Below are positions 8,515 to 17,209 of a stretch of DNA of 64,000 nucleotides, one piece after another. This DNA comes from a virus, in the IMG/VR virus record IMGVR_UViG_3300033485_000002, positions 104,261 to 168,260 of that record; one strand, given 5' to 3'. Positions within the stretch are counted from its first letter, which is position 1. Each line of letters opens with the position of its first letter. A model generated the notes under the pieces. It did not search any database. It was not told where the DNA came from and worked only from the letters and a program-made list of their open reading frames with translations. Made by a program: the position numbers and the translations under genes.

Positions 8515-8603
8515 TTAGGGGTCATGGGGATGCCCGTTAACGCAGCTAAGAGACCTTGAACCGGCCCGCCGTCAGGCGGGTCTTATCATGAAAGGATGAC
8601 ATT

Positions 8604-8963
8604 ATGAATGTTTATGTGTTGTTTGCGCAACGGAAAGAACGTTTCCCTGGGCAGTACGCCCCGGAAGCCTTGGCAGTGGTGGACGAGTACGTGTTGAACG
8701 ATGACGGGGTCTCTCTCGAAGAGATTCAGAAGCGCACGCTCGAACAGGACAACCCGGATGACTTCGTGTCGGTGAAGTGGGTGATGGTGAAGCTGACGGC
8801 TACTCCCGCTGATATCCGGGAGATGTTGGTCGGCATGCCGACTATCACGGGGGATGTGCCGGTGCCCCCGGAGCACAAAGGGAACCACCCCTCCTATCAG
8901 GGGATGACCGTGACTCAGGGGCGCAAGGGCGGAAAGATCGAAGATTCCGAGATCATTGACTAG
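8604..8963 (+). CDS. hypothetical protein
   Basis: AAGGA SD; G/C-ending codon bias. Confidence 0.7.
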   Translation: MNVYVLFAQRKERFPGQYAPEALAVVDEYVLNDDGVSLEEIQKRTLEQDNPDDFVSVKWVMVKLTATPADIREMLVGMPTITGDVPVPPEHKGNHPSYQGMTVTQGRKGGKIEDSEIID

Positions 8964-8971
8964 GTATCGCT

Positions 8972-9274
8972 ATGGCACAGTATCGACGATATGGCTATGT
9001 GACGACTGTTCGGGTTGAAAGAGATGGGGAATTGGTCGAGGATGCAAACATTGCATTTGACCTCAATCCGGGCTTAGCGAACGATAAGCTTGATGCCGTC
9101 ATCAACAACCGAGTGCATGCAGATGCACACAATAAAGTACTCGAAAATAACATACTTAAGCCTAATGGCGATCTTCAAGGCCAGGAGATTCGTACCGTCT
9201 TAATTCGATGTGCGGATGGTGTGACCCTCCGGTTTTCCATCCAGAGATGGTACGTGGTTGTCGGGAGGGAGTAA
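8972..9274 (+). CDS. hypothetical protein
   Basis: Operon packing. Confidence 0.6.
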   Translation: MAQYRRYGYVTTVRVERDGELVEDANIAFDLNPGLANDKLDAVINNRVHADAHNKVLENNILKPNGDLQGQEIRTVLIRCADGVTLRFSIQRWYVVVGRE

Positions 9275-9278
9275 CACC

Positions 9279-9674
9279 ATGGGGAGCGGGTACTATGAGA
9301 GTGCTTTGCTACGCCTCCGCCGCATCGTGACGTATCTGAACGCGAGGTACAATGATGTTTTCGAGGGGCAAGACATCACGCCAACTCAATTCGAAATTCT
9401 CCTGTTCGTCGAATCCAATGCGCCATGCAGCGTGTCTGCCATAGCGGAGTTCATGCTCGTGGATAAGTCTACCTCGTCGCGAGTTCTCGGGGGCATCCAG
9501 GACAAAGGGCTGGTTCAGATAGAGCGGGATACGGTGGACCGTCGCCGGAATCGAGTGAGTCTGACCCATATGGGGCAGGATGCCGTCACGAGCTTCAAAG
9601 CTGCATGGTTCGAGGTGGAAAAGGGCGTCAAGGGCCAGTACGATAAGGCAATTGAGCATTTGGAACGTTTCTGA
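9279..9674 (+). CDS. MarR-family winged-helix transcriptional regulator
   Basis: ITPTQFEILLFV..SVSAIAEFMLVDKSTSSRVLGGIQDKGLV..DRRRNRVSLTHMG is a typical MarR pattern; GGAGG SD. Confidence 0.9.
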   Translation: MGSGYYESALLRLRRIVTYLNARYNDVFEGQDITPTQFEILLFVESNAPCSVSAIAEFMLVDKSTSSRVLGGIQDKGLVQIERDTVDRRRNRVSLTHMGQDAVTSFKAAWFEVEKGVKGQYDKAIEHLERF

Positions 9675-9690
9675 CCGATAGGAGGCTACT

Positions 9691-9915
9691 GTGTCCGTAC
9701 CGATTGATGTGGTATTCGAGAAGCAGGTGGATAATCATTGGCAACCAGTTCGGAGCGCAGAGTTACGGCCAGGGGACATAGCCAGGATGCGGATGCTCAG
9801 TGGCGAGGTTCTACGGGATGACGCAGGGCGGGAGACGTTTCAAGTAGCCGGGGTGAATGGTCGGGATCCAGATTCTAAGTCACAATTCGATGTCAGTCTC
9901 GAACCAATGGTATAG
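9691..9915 (+). CDS. hypothetical protein
   Basis: AGGAGG SD before GTG. Confidence 0.65.
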   Translation: MSVPIDVVFEKQVDNHWQPVRSAELRPGDIARMRMLSGEVLRDDAGRETFQVAGVNGRDPDSKSQFDVSLEPMV

Positions 9916-9923
9916 GGGGCACA

Positions 9924-10178
9924 ATGGTAGTTGATCCAATAGAGCGTATCCGGGAGCTGTATGGGGACGAAATAGCTGAACGGATGCAGGTGTTCGCTGA
10001 GCGTGCTGAAAAAGAGAAGGCTGTAAAAGGTGCCTCGTTCTCGATTGACCCTCGCCCCATCTTTGTAATCATGACAACAACGGCTCTTTTGTGGGGTAAA
10101 GATCCTCGGCAAATACTTACCGCTGAAGTGTACGGTAAGGTGATGGACCTCATGAATATGTTCTTCAAAGATAAGTAA
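9924..10178 (+). CDS. hypothetical protein
   Basis: Operon packing, followed by terminator. Confidence 0.6.
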   Translation: MVVDPIERIRELYGDEIAERMQVFAERAEKEKAVKGASFSIDPRPIFVIMTTTALLWGKDPRQILTAEVYGKVMDLMNMFFKDK

Positions 10179-10201
10179 CCACTCCCAAGATGGGATTTAG
10201 G

Positions 10202-10232
10202 GCCGAGTCTTTTGACTCGGCTTCTTTATTTT
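10202..10232 (+). terminator. intrinsic terminator
   Basis: GCCGAGTC-TTTT-GACTCGGC then TTCTTTATTTT. Confidence 0.75.
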
Positions 10233-10252
10233 GCGATGGGAGGCGGCTTTAG

Positions 10253-11701
10253 ATGTCTCTGACCAAAGATGAGCTGCTTGCTTATGTTAGGAATCGTCAG
10301 CGGCCAGGGCATCGAGCCGCCGTGTTGAAGAAATATCAGTCAATGGCACTTTCACCTGCGATGTTGGAACGGGGGAAGAAAGCTAAAGAAGTGGCTGATA
10401 AACTTCGTGATAACGTTTTAGTCCGTGCTGCTGTGAAGAAAACATTTGAAACTGGAGAAGAAGATATGCCCATGAATAGGCTAGATGAGCTACATTTCGA
10501 TTTAACTAAAACGCGCCAAAGAGAACGGTTAGTTCGTGGCTCAAGTGATGCTCAAGATGCCTATAAGCGGCGTTATAAGGTAGCCCGAGTCGGACAGGCT
10601 GCAACACGACTTGCTGCTCATACGGGAGTAGGATTAGCGGTTGGGGGTACTGTTGGTGGCCCAATTGGGGCAACTATTGGCGGCGGGCTTGGGTTAGCGT
10701 CGGGACTTCATTCAATTAAGTACCCGAGTATGCATCTGATGAAACTGCGGCATAAGTATGCGTTGAAGAAGGGGCTTCGGGATGTGAAAAAGAGTGAGAG
10801 GCTCCAGCGATGGGGTGAGCGTCGAATGGAAAAGTTTCGGCGGCAGGGAGAGCGGCAGCAGGCTATTCAGAATTATAAGCGAGAATTTCGTGAGGGGTTG
10901 TATGAAGCTCCGATTGTGACTGGACCTGCTGCTGCGGCAATTTCTGCTCTTGAGCGGAGTGTTGCTAAGAAAGGCGCTGCCTCGGCTGTTCAGAAAGTTG
11001 GTAGACTTGCTGCGGCTAAGAATAAGTTTTTAGCCTCGAAGTTTGGGCAGTCAAAGTACGTACAGTCGAGTCTTCCGCGTCTTAAGAAGACAGGTGAGTT
11101 TTTCGGTGATGTTCGGCATATGCCTAAAACCGCTCGGGATCTTGTGTTTGCCCCGAAAGGACCGAAGGGGTTTCGTAGTGGTCTTGCAAAGCGGTTAGGA
11201 AGACAGGCGCTGGCCGGTGAGGTGATGCTGACTGGTGGAGTTATGGCCCATCATAAGATTAAAAAGATGGCCGATCAACATTACGCTCATAAGGCGTATC
11301 AGCAGCAAGCAGAGTCTGATGAGTTGTTTAACGCAATTGTGCCAGGGTTAGATCTGCAAGAATTAGCTATGCGCCGAGACTTGATCAATGAGGCTTGGGG
11401 TGCAGCTATCGGTGGTGCTGTTAAGTCTGCTGGTAGTTGGCTTGGTAGGTCAACGGGTGTGTTTACTGGTGCTGCAAATGTTGTAAGATCAGGTGGTATT
11501 AAGGACGTTATGAGAGCACGTGGTATGGCAAAAATTAACCACCCGATAGCTGGCCGAGTAAGACAAATTGGTTTAAATAAGATGGCTCCTGGTTTGGCAC
11601 AGATTAAAGGTGGTTTGGCTCCTGCGGCTACGATAGCTGGAGCTGCGGGGGCTTATAAACTTGGTCAGCGATCTGGTCGTCGATCGCAGCAAAACTACTG
11701 A
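10253..11701 (+). CDS. basic modular glycine-zipper protein, putative internal head polyprotein
   Basis: LxE junctions RLDE, GLYE, DLQE, LINE; GVGLAVGGTVGGPIGATIGGG zipper; K/R-rich. Confidence 0.75.
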   Translation: MSLTKDELLAYVRNRQRPGHRAAVLKKYQSMALSPAMLERGKKAKEVADKLRDNVLVRAAVKKTFETGEEDMPMNRLDELHFDLTKTRQRERLVRGSSDAQDAYKRRYKVARVGQAATRLAAHTGVGLAVGGTVGGPIGATIGGGLGLASGLHSIKYPSMHLMKLRHKYALKKGLRDVKKSERLQRWGERRMEKFRRQGERQQAIQNYKREFREGLYEAPIVTGPAAAAISALERSVAKKGAASAVQKVGRLAAAKNKFLASKFGQSKYVQSSLPRLKKTGEFFGDVRHMPKTARDLVFAPKGPKGFRSGLAKRLGRQALAGEVMLTGGVMAHHKIKKMADQHYAHKAYQQQAESDELFNAIVPGLDLQELAMRRDLINEAWGAAIGGAVKSAGSWLGRSTGVFTGAANVVRSGGIKDVMRARGMAKINHPIAGRVRQIGLNKMAPGLAQIKGGLAPAATIAGAAGAYKLGQRSGRRSQQNY

Positions 11702-11730
11702 AACTAAAGAGATAAGGAGTGAGGTGAACT

Positions 11731-12141
11731 ATGACTCATGAGGAAATGCGGCAGGAACTGATCGAGGCGATTATTGACGAGGCCCTCAAGGACAAGGCCA
11801 AGGCAGCGGCTGGTTGGGTTGGCAGTAAGGCTAAGGCTGGCGCAAAGGGTGTTGGCCGTGGGGCTAAGTGGGTTAGTCGTAAGACTGGCGCAACTGCTGC
11901 CGGTAAGTGGCTTGGTAGCTCCAAGGAAGCGTGGAAGGGAGCAAAGGGCCTGCGGCGAGCGCGTAAGATGGCGAAGCTTGGTCACCCGGTAGCAGGGGAA
12001 GTCCGAGCGGCTGCGATTAAGGCGCTGCGGAAGGGTGCTCCTCCTGCGGCTGTAGCATCGATGCTTGGTGCCGGTGCTGTTGCTGGTGGGTATGCTGGTG
12101 GCAAGAGCCTGCTCCGTCGTCGGCGCGAGGGTAAGTCCTAG
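11731..12141 (+). CDS. acidic leader plus K/A/G-rich basic protein, putative internal head protein
   Basis: MTHEEMRQELIEAIIDE then cationic amphipathic body; paralogous to C-terminus of 10253 gene (RARxMAKxxHPxAG). Confidence 0.75.
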   Translation: MTHEEMRQELIEAIIDEALKDKAKAAAGWVGSKAKAGAKGVGRGAKWVSRKTGATAAGKWLGSSKEAWKGAKGLRRARKMAKLGHPVAGEVRAAAIKALRKGAPPAAVASMLGAGAVAGGYAGGKSLLRRRREGKS

Positions 12142-12145
12142 TCAC

Positions 12146-12856
12146 ATGGCTTTCTCGTCTTCCACTACCCCAGAGGCGACGTGGAAGCGCATGAAGCGTC
12201 ACATCGCCAAAAGTGCTCGTCGTCTCGGTAAACGGGGCGACGAGTACCGGCGTTATGTCTACGGCGCGTTGAGAGCCAGGGGTTGGAAGCCGAAGCGGGA
12301 ACGAGTGCATGAGAATGAGCATGCTCGGGTACGTCAAGATATTGACACCGATTATGCTCATCATGCATTGAGGGGTAGCCGGAATCGGGACTTCAAGCAC
12401 ATTGAAAATAGGCGGCGAGGTGTGGTGAAGTTCTCGGTAGCTACAGAGGGACTTTTAGCTCGGGCTGACCATTGGTTGAACGAAGTGTACGGTGTAGATA
12501 TTGTTCCTACTTTCCCTCCTGAACCATTAGCGGGGAAGCTTGCTAAAAACCTTACAAAAAAAGTGCATAAAGAGTTACAGCGTGAAGCTTTTTCTCCTAC
12601 GCGAAATGTAAAGCGAGCTTTGAGATATCGCCGTAAGGCCCTGAAAATTAGAAAAACAAATGCCCCTAGAGCAGAAACAATGTTACGTCGAGCGAACGCG
12701 GTGTTAAAAAACCGGGTGCCAACATTGGCTGTTACAGGAGCTGGTTGGGTAGCGGGGCCAGGGTTTGGCACAGGGGAAGTTATGGCCGCGAGTGCTGCAA
12801 AAGGAATGAATCGCTACACACGAATGAGACGTGCTCGTTTTATGAGACGTAAGTAG
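12146..12856 (+). CDS. basic modular protein, putative internal head protein
   Basis: ATG 12146 just after upstream stop; EGLLARADHWLNE linker 12446-12484; R-rich. Confidence 0.7.
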   Translation: MAFSSSTTPEATWKRMKRHIAKSARRLGKRGDEYRRYVYGALRARGWKPKRERVHENEHARVRQDIDTDYAHHALRGSRNRDFKHIENRRRGVVKFSVATEGLLARADHWLNEVYGVDIVPTFPPEPLAGKLAKNLTKKVHKELQREAFSPTRNVKRALRYRRKALKIRKTNAPRAETMLRRANAVLKNRVPTLAVTGAGWVAGPGFGTGEVMAASAAKGMNRYTRMRRARFMRRK

Positions 12857-12865
12857 GAGGGTATA

Positions 12866-13528
12866 ATGCCCGAGCTGAGTTTACCTGCGCCGAGTCTTGT
12901 TGTTGGGCGAGATCACTACATGAGCCGTGCGAAAGCATGGACTAGCATTCTGAGCGCTCAGTTGACGGTAACGGTTCAAGCCGCAACGCTGCGTTCCTTA
13001 CTAGAGAGCGTTACGGTTAGCCTTACCGATCAGGCGACTGGGTGCTACCCGGTTCCGAATAGCTCGGTTAAGAGCTTTTCGGGGACTATCGTTCTGCCAA
13101 AGGCGTATACTCAGATTCTTGATGATACCTCTGTGACGTTCACAGCGACAGTGGGTACAAACCCGGTATCAATCACGGATGACGGGGATGGTGCCCTTAC
13201 TGGGACGAATGTGACCGGTACGATTGACTATGCGACCGGTGCGTGGACGTTGGTGTGGTCAACTGGGGCACCGGATACTGGTTCAACCATTACGGTGGAC
13301 TACACCTACTACTATGTGTTTGGGGCAGAGGATATCCAAGGAGTTTGGTTATACCCGGCTGGTGACCTTCGAGCCACGTTTGACGGGGTGACGGCACCGA
13401 CTGCGGGCACAGGTATTGTGCTCAAGGGTGAAGAGGGGCTTTTCCTGGCGGCACAGCCCGGTCTTATCGGGCAGATGCAGCTTATCGCTGGGGGTAGTGT
13501 TCTCCTTGACGTGGAAGTGCTGATGTAA
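12866..13528 (+). CDS. virion structural protein with beta-sandwich domain
   Basis: AGGAGG SD; GTIDYATGAW..DYTY domain also present in the sheath and major capsid genes. Confidence 0.7.
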   Translation: MPELSLPAPSLVVGRDHYMSRAKAWTSILSAQLTVTVQAATLRSLLESVTVSLTDQATGCYPVPNSSVKSFSGTIVLPKAYTQILDDTSVTFTATVGTNPVSITDDGDGALTGTNVTGTIDYATGAWTLVWSTGAPDTGSTITVDYTYYYVFGAEDIQGVWLYPAGDLRATFDGVTAPTAGTGIVLKGEEGLFLAAQPGLIGQMQLIAGGSVLLDVEVLM

Positions 13529-15216
13529 TGTGGAGACAGGACGAGCTTTATCTGCCTCCTTATCCTGGCGCGGGTGAAACCGGTTTAGCTCCGGCATTCC
13601 GACAAGCTGGTTTCTTTGGTGGGGAAGATCTCCCATACGAGGAAGCGTCGTGGAGTCCGACTACCGTGACTCGCCTCGTGGATGGGAATACCGCAAGTGG
13701 GTATATCTGGGATCCAAACTCAAGGCATCAGGGCGGGTATCTTGCTCCGAGGATGTGGCGTACGTTCCAATGGTGGATGTTTGTACGCACCAATTGGAAC
13801 TCTACTCCTGGTTTGCGTTACGTTTATGAACCTTCTAGCACAAGTGGAGCGCTGTACATTCAGTACAACGCGAATACTGGAACTGGTGCTGGGACATGGC
13901 GCATTGGACGTGTTATTACCATTGCGAGCGGATATGTCGAGTTCACCCATCTTATTACCCGAGGTGAATGGCACCATATTACCGTTGTTTACGATGATAG
14001 CGAGCTTCGCTTCTACGTCGATGGCGAATTGGAGTATACCAACACGTCACGTCGATGGTTTGCGGAGAACCACGAAGGTAATACGACGCTCGGTAATCAG
14101 ACGACGGTAGCGGTCCAGGGGCATTCTGCCGGTGGTATCCAACCTGCGTTTACGCATGGGGGAGTGTTCAGAGCCTTTAGCCAAGCCATGGAAGATGCTG
14201 AAGTTGCCTCTACTTGGAACAAGGTTTTGTGGCCCGGTTATCCTGGGATGACGTATCAGATTGTCGGTCTCGACAATATTGATAGTAGAAACTCAACTTA
14301 TCAGGATAACTATTGCTGGAATTCGCGCTACGAAGCAGTAGCTGTCAGTGAGGCGTTGTTCAACCAGACTCCGCCAGTGGCGTTTCCTGAGATATTACAT
14401 CAGACCGTGTCTAACGTTTCGATTCCTGAAACAGTCCATAATATCAATATCAACACATGGACGACTGGGAATGTCAGTGCATGGCCCGAGAATACGCTGA
14501 AGACATTTCCTGGTGTTACAACTGATGCGGTTTTTGGCGCTGTCGTAGACCCAGGTGGGGGTAACCCGAAGTATATGTCGGTTAAACCGGTGGCATCTGG
14601 GTTTAAAGCGATGTATTGCTATATTGACCCAGCCGGTGTTGAGGAGTGGAATACCCAACATGTTGCCAAGGGCGGGTTGTCCATTATTGTTCTTACAAAG
14701 GACTTCTACCAGAGTAACAACAGACTTTACTTGTCTTTCGGTAAGCGACCTGGGTATGTAGACTTCGGTCATTTTGCTTGGAAAATGTCTGATACCTACA
14801 CTCTTTACGGACTGGATGCCACTGGTTCCCCGGCAGACTCATTGGCGACTGCTACTCCAGGTACCGGGGTTACGCGAAATTGGTACTTCCATGAGTTACA
14901 GTGGGTTCCAAGTGTACGAAGAAGGGATGGCTGTAGCACAGGAACGCTGCGTGCCCGTTGGTGGGCAGAGGCAACCGGTATTGATAATCCTCCTGGTTCA
15001 TGGAATCTGAGTGTCGATGTTTCGGCTAACTCTACGCATAAAAGGTATCTCGTCGGTGGTGTTGGCAAAGAGTTCTTGAACGCTAATTATCTGGAATATT
15101 CAGGATACGAACAAGTGATTCAGCCAAACTTCTTGTTGGATTTCCAGTTGAATAATGGCGAGACCGGGTACATTAAGTATATTCGGGTCAAAGAGCTTGC
15201 GTACACTGCTTCGTAA
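13528..15216 (+). CDS. LamG/concanavalin-A-like domain virion protein
   Basis: GEWHHITVVYDDSELRFYVDGEL LamG signature; aromatic, beta-rich. Confidence 0.8.
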   Translation: MWRQDELYLPPYPGAGETGLAPAFRQAGFFGGEDLPYEEASWSPTTVTRLVDGNTASGYIWDPNSRHQGGYLAPRMWRTFQWWMFVRTNWNSTPGLRYVYEPSSTSGALYIQYNANTGTGAGTWRIGRVITIASGYVEFTHLITRGEWHHITVVYDDSELRFYVDGELEYTNTSRRWFAENHEGNTTLGNQTTVAVQGHSAGGIQPAFTHGGVFRAFSQAMEDAEVASTWNKVLWPGYPGMTYQIVGLDNIDSRNSTYQDNYCWNSRYEAVAVSEALFNQTPPVAFPEILHQTVSNVSIPETVHNININTWTTGNVSAWPENTLKTFPGVTTDAVFGAVVDPGGGNPKYMSVKPVASGFKAMYCYIDPAGVEEWNTQHVAKGGLSIIVLTKDFYQSNNRLYLSFGKRPGYVDFGHFAWKMSDTYTLYGLDATGSPADSLATATPGTGVTRNWYFHELQWVPSVRRRDGCSTGTLRARWWAEATGIDNPPGSWNLSVDVSANSTHKRYLVGGVGKEFLNANYLEYSGYEQVIQPNFLLDFQLNNGETGYIKYIRVKELAYTAS

Positions 15217-15219
15217 CCC

Positions 15220-15248
15220 TTGACAAATTCAAAGTCAGTCTATATATT
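15220..15248 (+). promoter_or_regulatory. sigma70-type promoter
   Basis: TTGACA-N17-TATATT. Confidence 0.7.
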
Positions 15249-15333
15249 GTTTTTATGCGACTCGTTCTAGATGACGTGCAAGTTCACGTTACGGTCATTG
15301 ACAAAAGTACTGTTATCACGTATCCTTTCTCTG

Positions 15334-15954
15334 ATGAGTACACGTCTTTTTTGTCGCTTCCTCATCCTCGTAATTTTGCTCGTAACCTCTCCCGTGTTCG
15401 GGCAGTTCTGGGAGGTCACGCCGACACCAACGACACCCATATGGTGGCAGACCCCTACTGCTACCAAAACCCCCACCCCACGGCTCACCAATACTCCCAC
15501 CCGTCCGCCTTCCACAACTCCCCCGACTCGGACACCAACGAGAACGCCAACGAGAACGCCAACGAGAACACCTACAAGAACGTCAATAATGACGCCCACA
15601 ATAACTCCGACACCAACAATAACTCCGACACCAACCCCGTATCCATGCAACTCCGAAGTAACTTTCAATGCTGCACCCGAAGGTACCGTACACGTCATGG
15701 AGTGGTACAAAGCAACCGGGAGCGCACCGTATCCTACTGCCCCTAGTGGATACGGTTTTGCGTTCCCGGTTGTCCTAGATCGACATCGGGTACGGGTTCA
15801 ATATATTGGACGTTACCAACATGAAATAGCCCCCGGAGTCCTGTACACAGATGAACAGGACTTCGTGCTTTTCACAAAATGCCCAGTAGGCTTTATTTTT
15901 GGAGATGGTTTCGAGTCTGGTACAACGTCTGCGTGGTCTACGACTAACCCGTAA
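15334..15954 (+). CDS. secreted Thr/Pro-linker protein with C-terminal IFGDGFESG motif
   Basis: Signal peptide MSTRLFCRFLILVILLVTSPVFG; (TRTP)n and (TITPTP)n; C-terminus FIFGDGFESGTTSAWS. Confidence 0.75.
   Translation: MSTRLFCRFLILVILLVTSPVFGQFWEVTPTPTTPIWWQTPTATKTPTPRLTNTPTRPPSTTPPTRTPTRTPTRTPTRTPTRTSIMTPTITPTPTITPTPTPYPCNSEVTFNAAPEGTVHVMEWYKATGSAPYPTAPSGYGFAFPVVLDRHRVRVQYIGRYQHEIAPGVLYTDEQDFVLFTKCPVGFIFGDGFESGTTSAWSTTNP
15526..15640 (+). repeat. coding tandem repeats (12-bp and 18-bp units)
   Basis: ccaacgagaacg units and acaataactccgacacca x2, encoding the TP linker. Confidence 0.85.
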
Positions 15955-15972
15955 CCCAAGGAGGATGGCACT

Positions 15973-16602
15973 ATGGTAAATCTGGAAAGGGAAATCGCTT
16001 TAATGCAAGTTGGTGCGACGTTCCTGGAGATGCTTCAGGAGCGGCTGGATGGCCGTACTTCAATCGGTGCCTCGACGTGGTTCGAGGATATGGCCTGGGG
16101 TATCCGGCTGTTCGTGGAGCAGAAGCTCCCCTTCTTTGGTGGCGGGAATGCGGCAAGCTGGCTGACTGTGGCGGAGCAGTTCGAGCTGCGTGCCGAGTTC
16201 TACAAGACCAAGATGAACTTGCTTGTTCCGGTGGAGGAAGATGACGAGGCGTCTGCGATTATCGTAGCCCTCAATAACATCGAGCGTTTCAAGCGTCTTG
16301 TCGAGTTCATGATCGGCCTGACTCAGACGGAGGCGTCTGACCTCAGTGGTCTGTTGCCGTCTGGGGAGAAGGGGATCACTGTGGGCGAGGCGGTGAAGCT
16401 TTCGCGGCAGTTCACGGCGAAGTTCTGGAACTACTCGTATAACATGAGCAGCAAGAACCCCAATAAGCCGTGGCTGAAGGCGGTGGTGGACGATCTGATG
16501 ACCGCGCAACAGACGCTTGGTGAGCCGATGCATGCTGGTGATCTGGGTGGGCCTGGGACGGGTGGTACTGGTCCGTTCCCCTGGTCGATGCCAGGGCAGT
16601 AG
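15973..16602 (+). CDS. hypothetical protein
   Basis: GGAGG SD; strong codon bias. Confidence 0.75.
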   Translation: MVNLEREIALMQVGATFLEMLQERLDGRTSIGASTWFEDMAWGIRLFVEQKLPFFGGGNAASWLTVAEQFELRAEFYKTKMNLLVPVEEDDEASAIIVALNNIERFKRLVEFMIGLTQTEASDLSGLLPSGEKGITVGEAVKLSRQFTAKFWNYSYNMSSKNPNKPWLKAVVDDLMTAQQTLGEPMHAGDLGGPGTGGTGPFPWSMPGQ

Positions 16603-16642
16603 GGTTGGATAGAAGCCCCTTCCATGGGGATTTTGTCGGGCG

Positions 16643-16671
16643 GGGGCGGGGAGAAATCCCGCCCCTTTTTT
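16643..16671 (+). terminator. intrinsic terminator
   Basis: GGGGCGGG-N7-CCCGCCCC-TTTTTT. Confidence 0.85.
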
Positions 16672-16700
16672 GATATACTAGTGAAGACGGGGGCACTGTC

Positions 16701-16946
16701 ATGGAAATCACCCCACAAGTAGCCATCGAACAGTATACGGACGCGCTGAAACGTACCGGGGAAAACCCTGATGGGTACCAGTTTCGGTGTGAGTATGGAC
16801 GGGTTTGTATTGGTGTCCCTAGCCCGCAACTTCCAGGTGGAGTGCAGTGGGGGATGGACTGGCATACGCCCGAGACTTTGGCTAAAATGGCCAAGATGCG
16901 GGTGCTTTTGCACAACTCCCCGGAGTTTGACATCAGAACACGGTGA
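16701..16946 (+). CDS. hypothetical protein
   Basis: First ORF after terminator. Confidence 0.55.
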   Translation: MEITPQVAIEQYTDALKRTGENPDGYQFRCEYGRVCIGVPSPQLPGGVQWGMDWHTPETLAKMAKMRVLLHNSPEFDIRTR

Positions 16947-16975
16947 TGTTATCTTTAGTTTCGAAAGGAGGAGAT

Positions 16976-17209
16976 GTGAACACGCGACAGCCGACATCCA
17001 AGTTAGAGAAGTTTTATGAGGGGCTGAGGATCATCAAGCAGCACCAGCCTGCTGCTTCCTTGGCTGCTGCGGAGGGTAAACTCTTCGTAGGGAACACGGA
17101 AGACGTGCATATTTCTCCGGGAGCGCGTGAGTATCTCAAGGGGCTGGGGTTTACTGAGGATAAAGATCGGATGATGTTCGTGTTTTCCACACAGAAAAAT
17201 GAGCGATAA
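16976..17209 (+). CDS. hypothetical protein
   Basis: AAGGAGG SD before GTG 16976. Confidence 0.65.
   Translation: MNTRQPTSKLEKFYEGLRIIKQHQPAASLAAAEGKLFVGNTEDVHISPGAREYLKGLGFTEDKDRMMFVFSTQKNER

Noticed and set aside
8515-8590. Leader as a known riboswitch (fluoride, ZTP)
   Set aside because: Consensus nucleotides not matched; only a GC hairpin with a weak U-tract is supportable
15526-15640. Short tandem repeats as a possible CRISPR array or origin iterons
   Set aside because: No spacers; the repeats encode a Thr/Pro linker in frame
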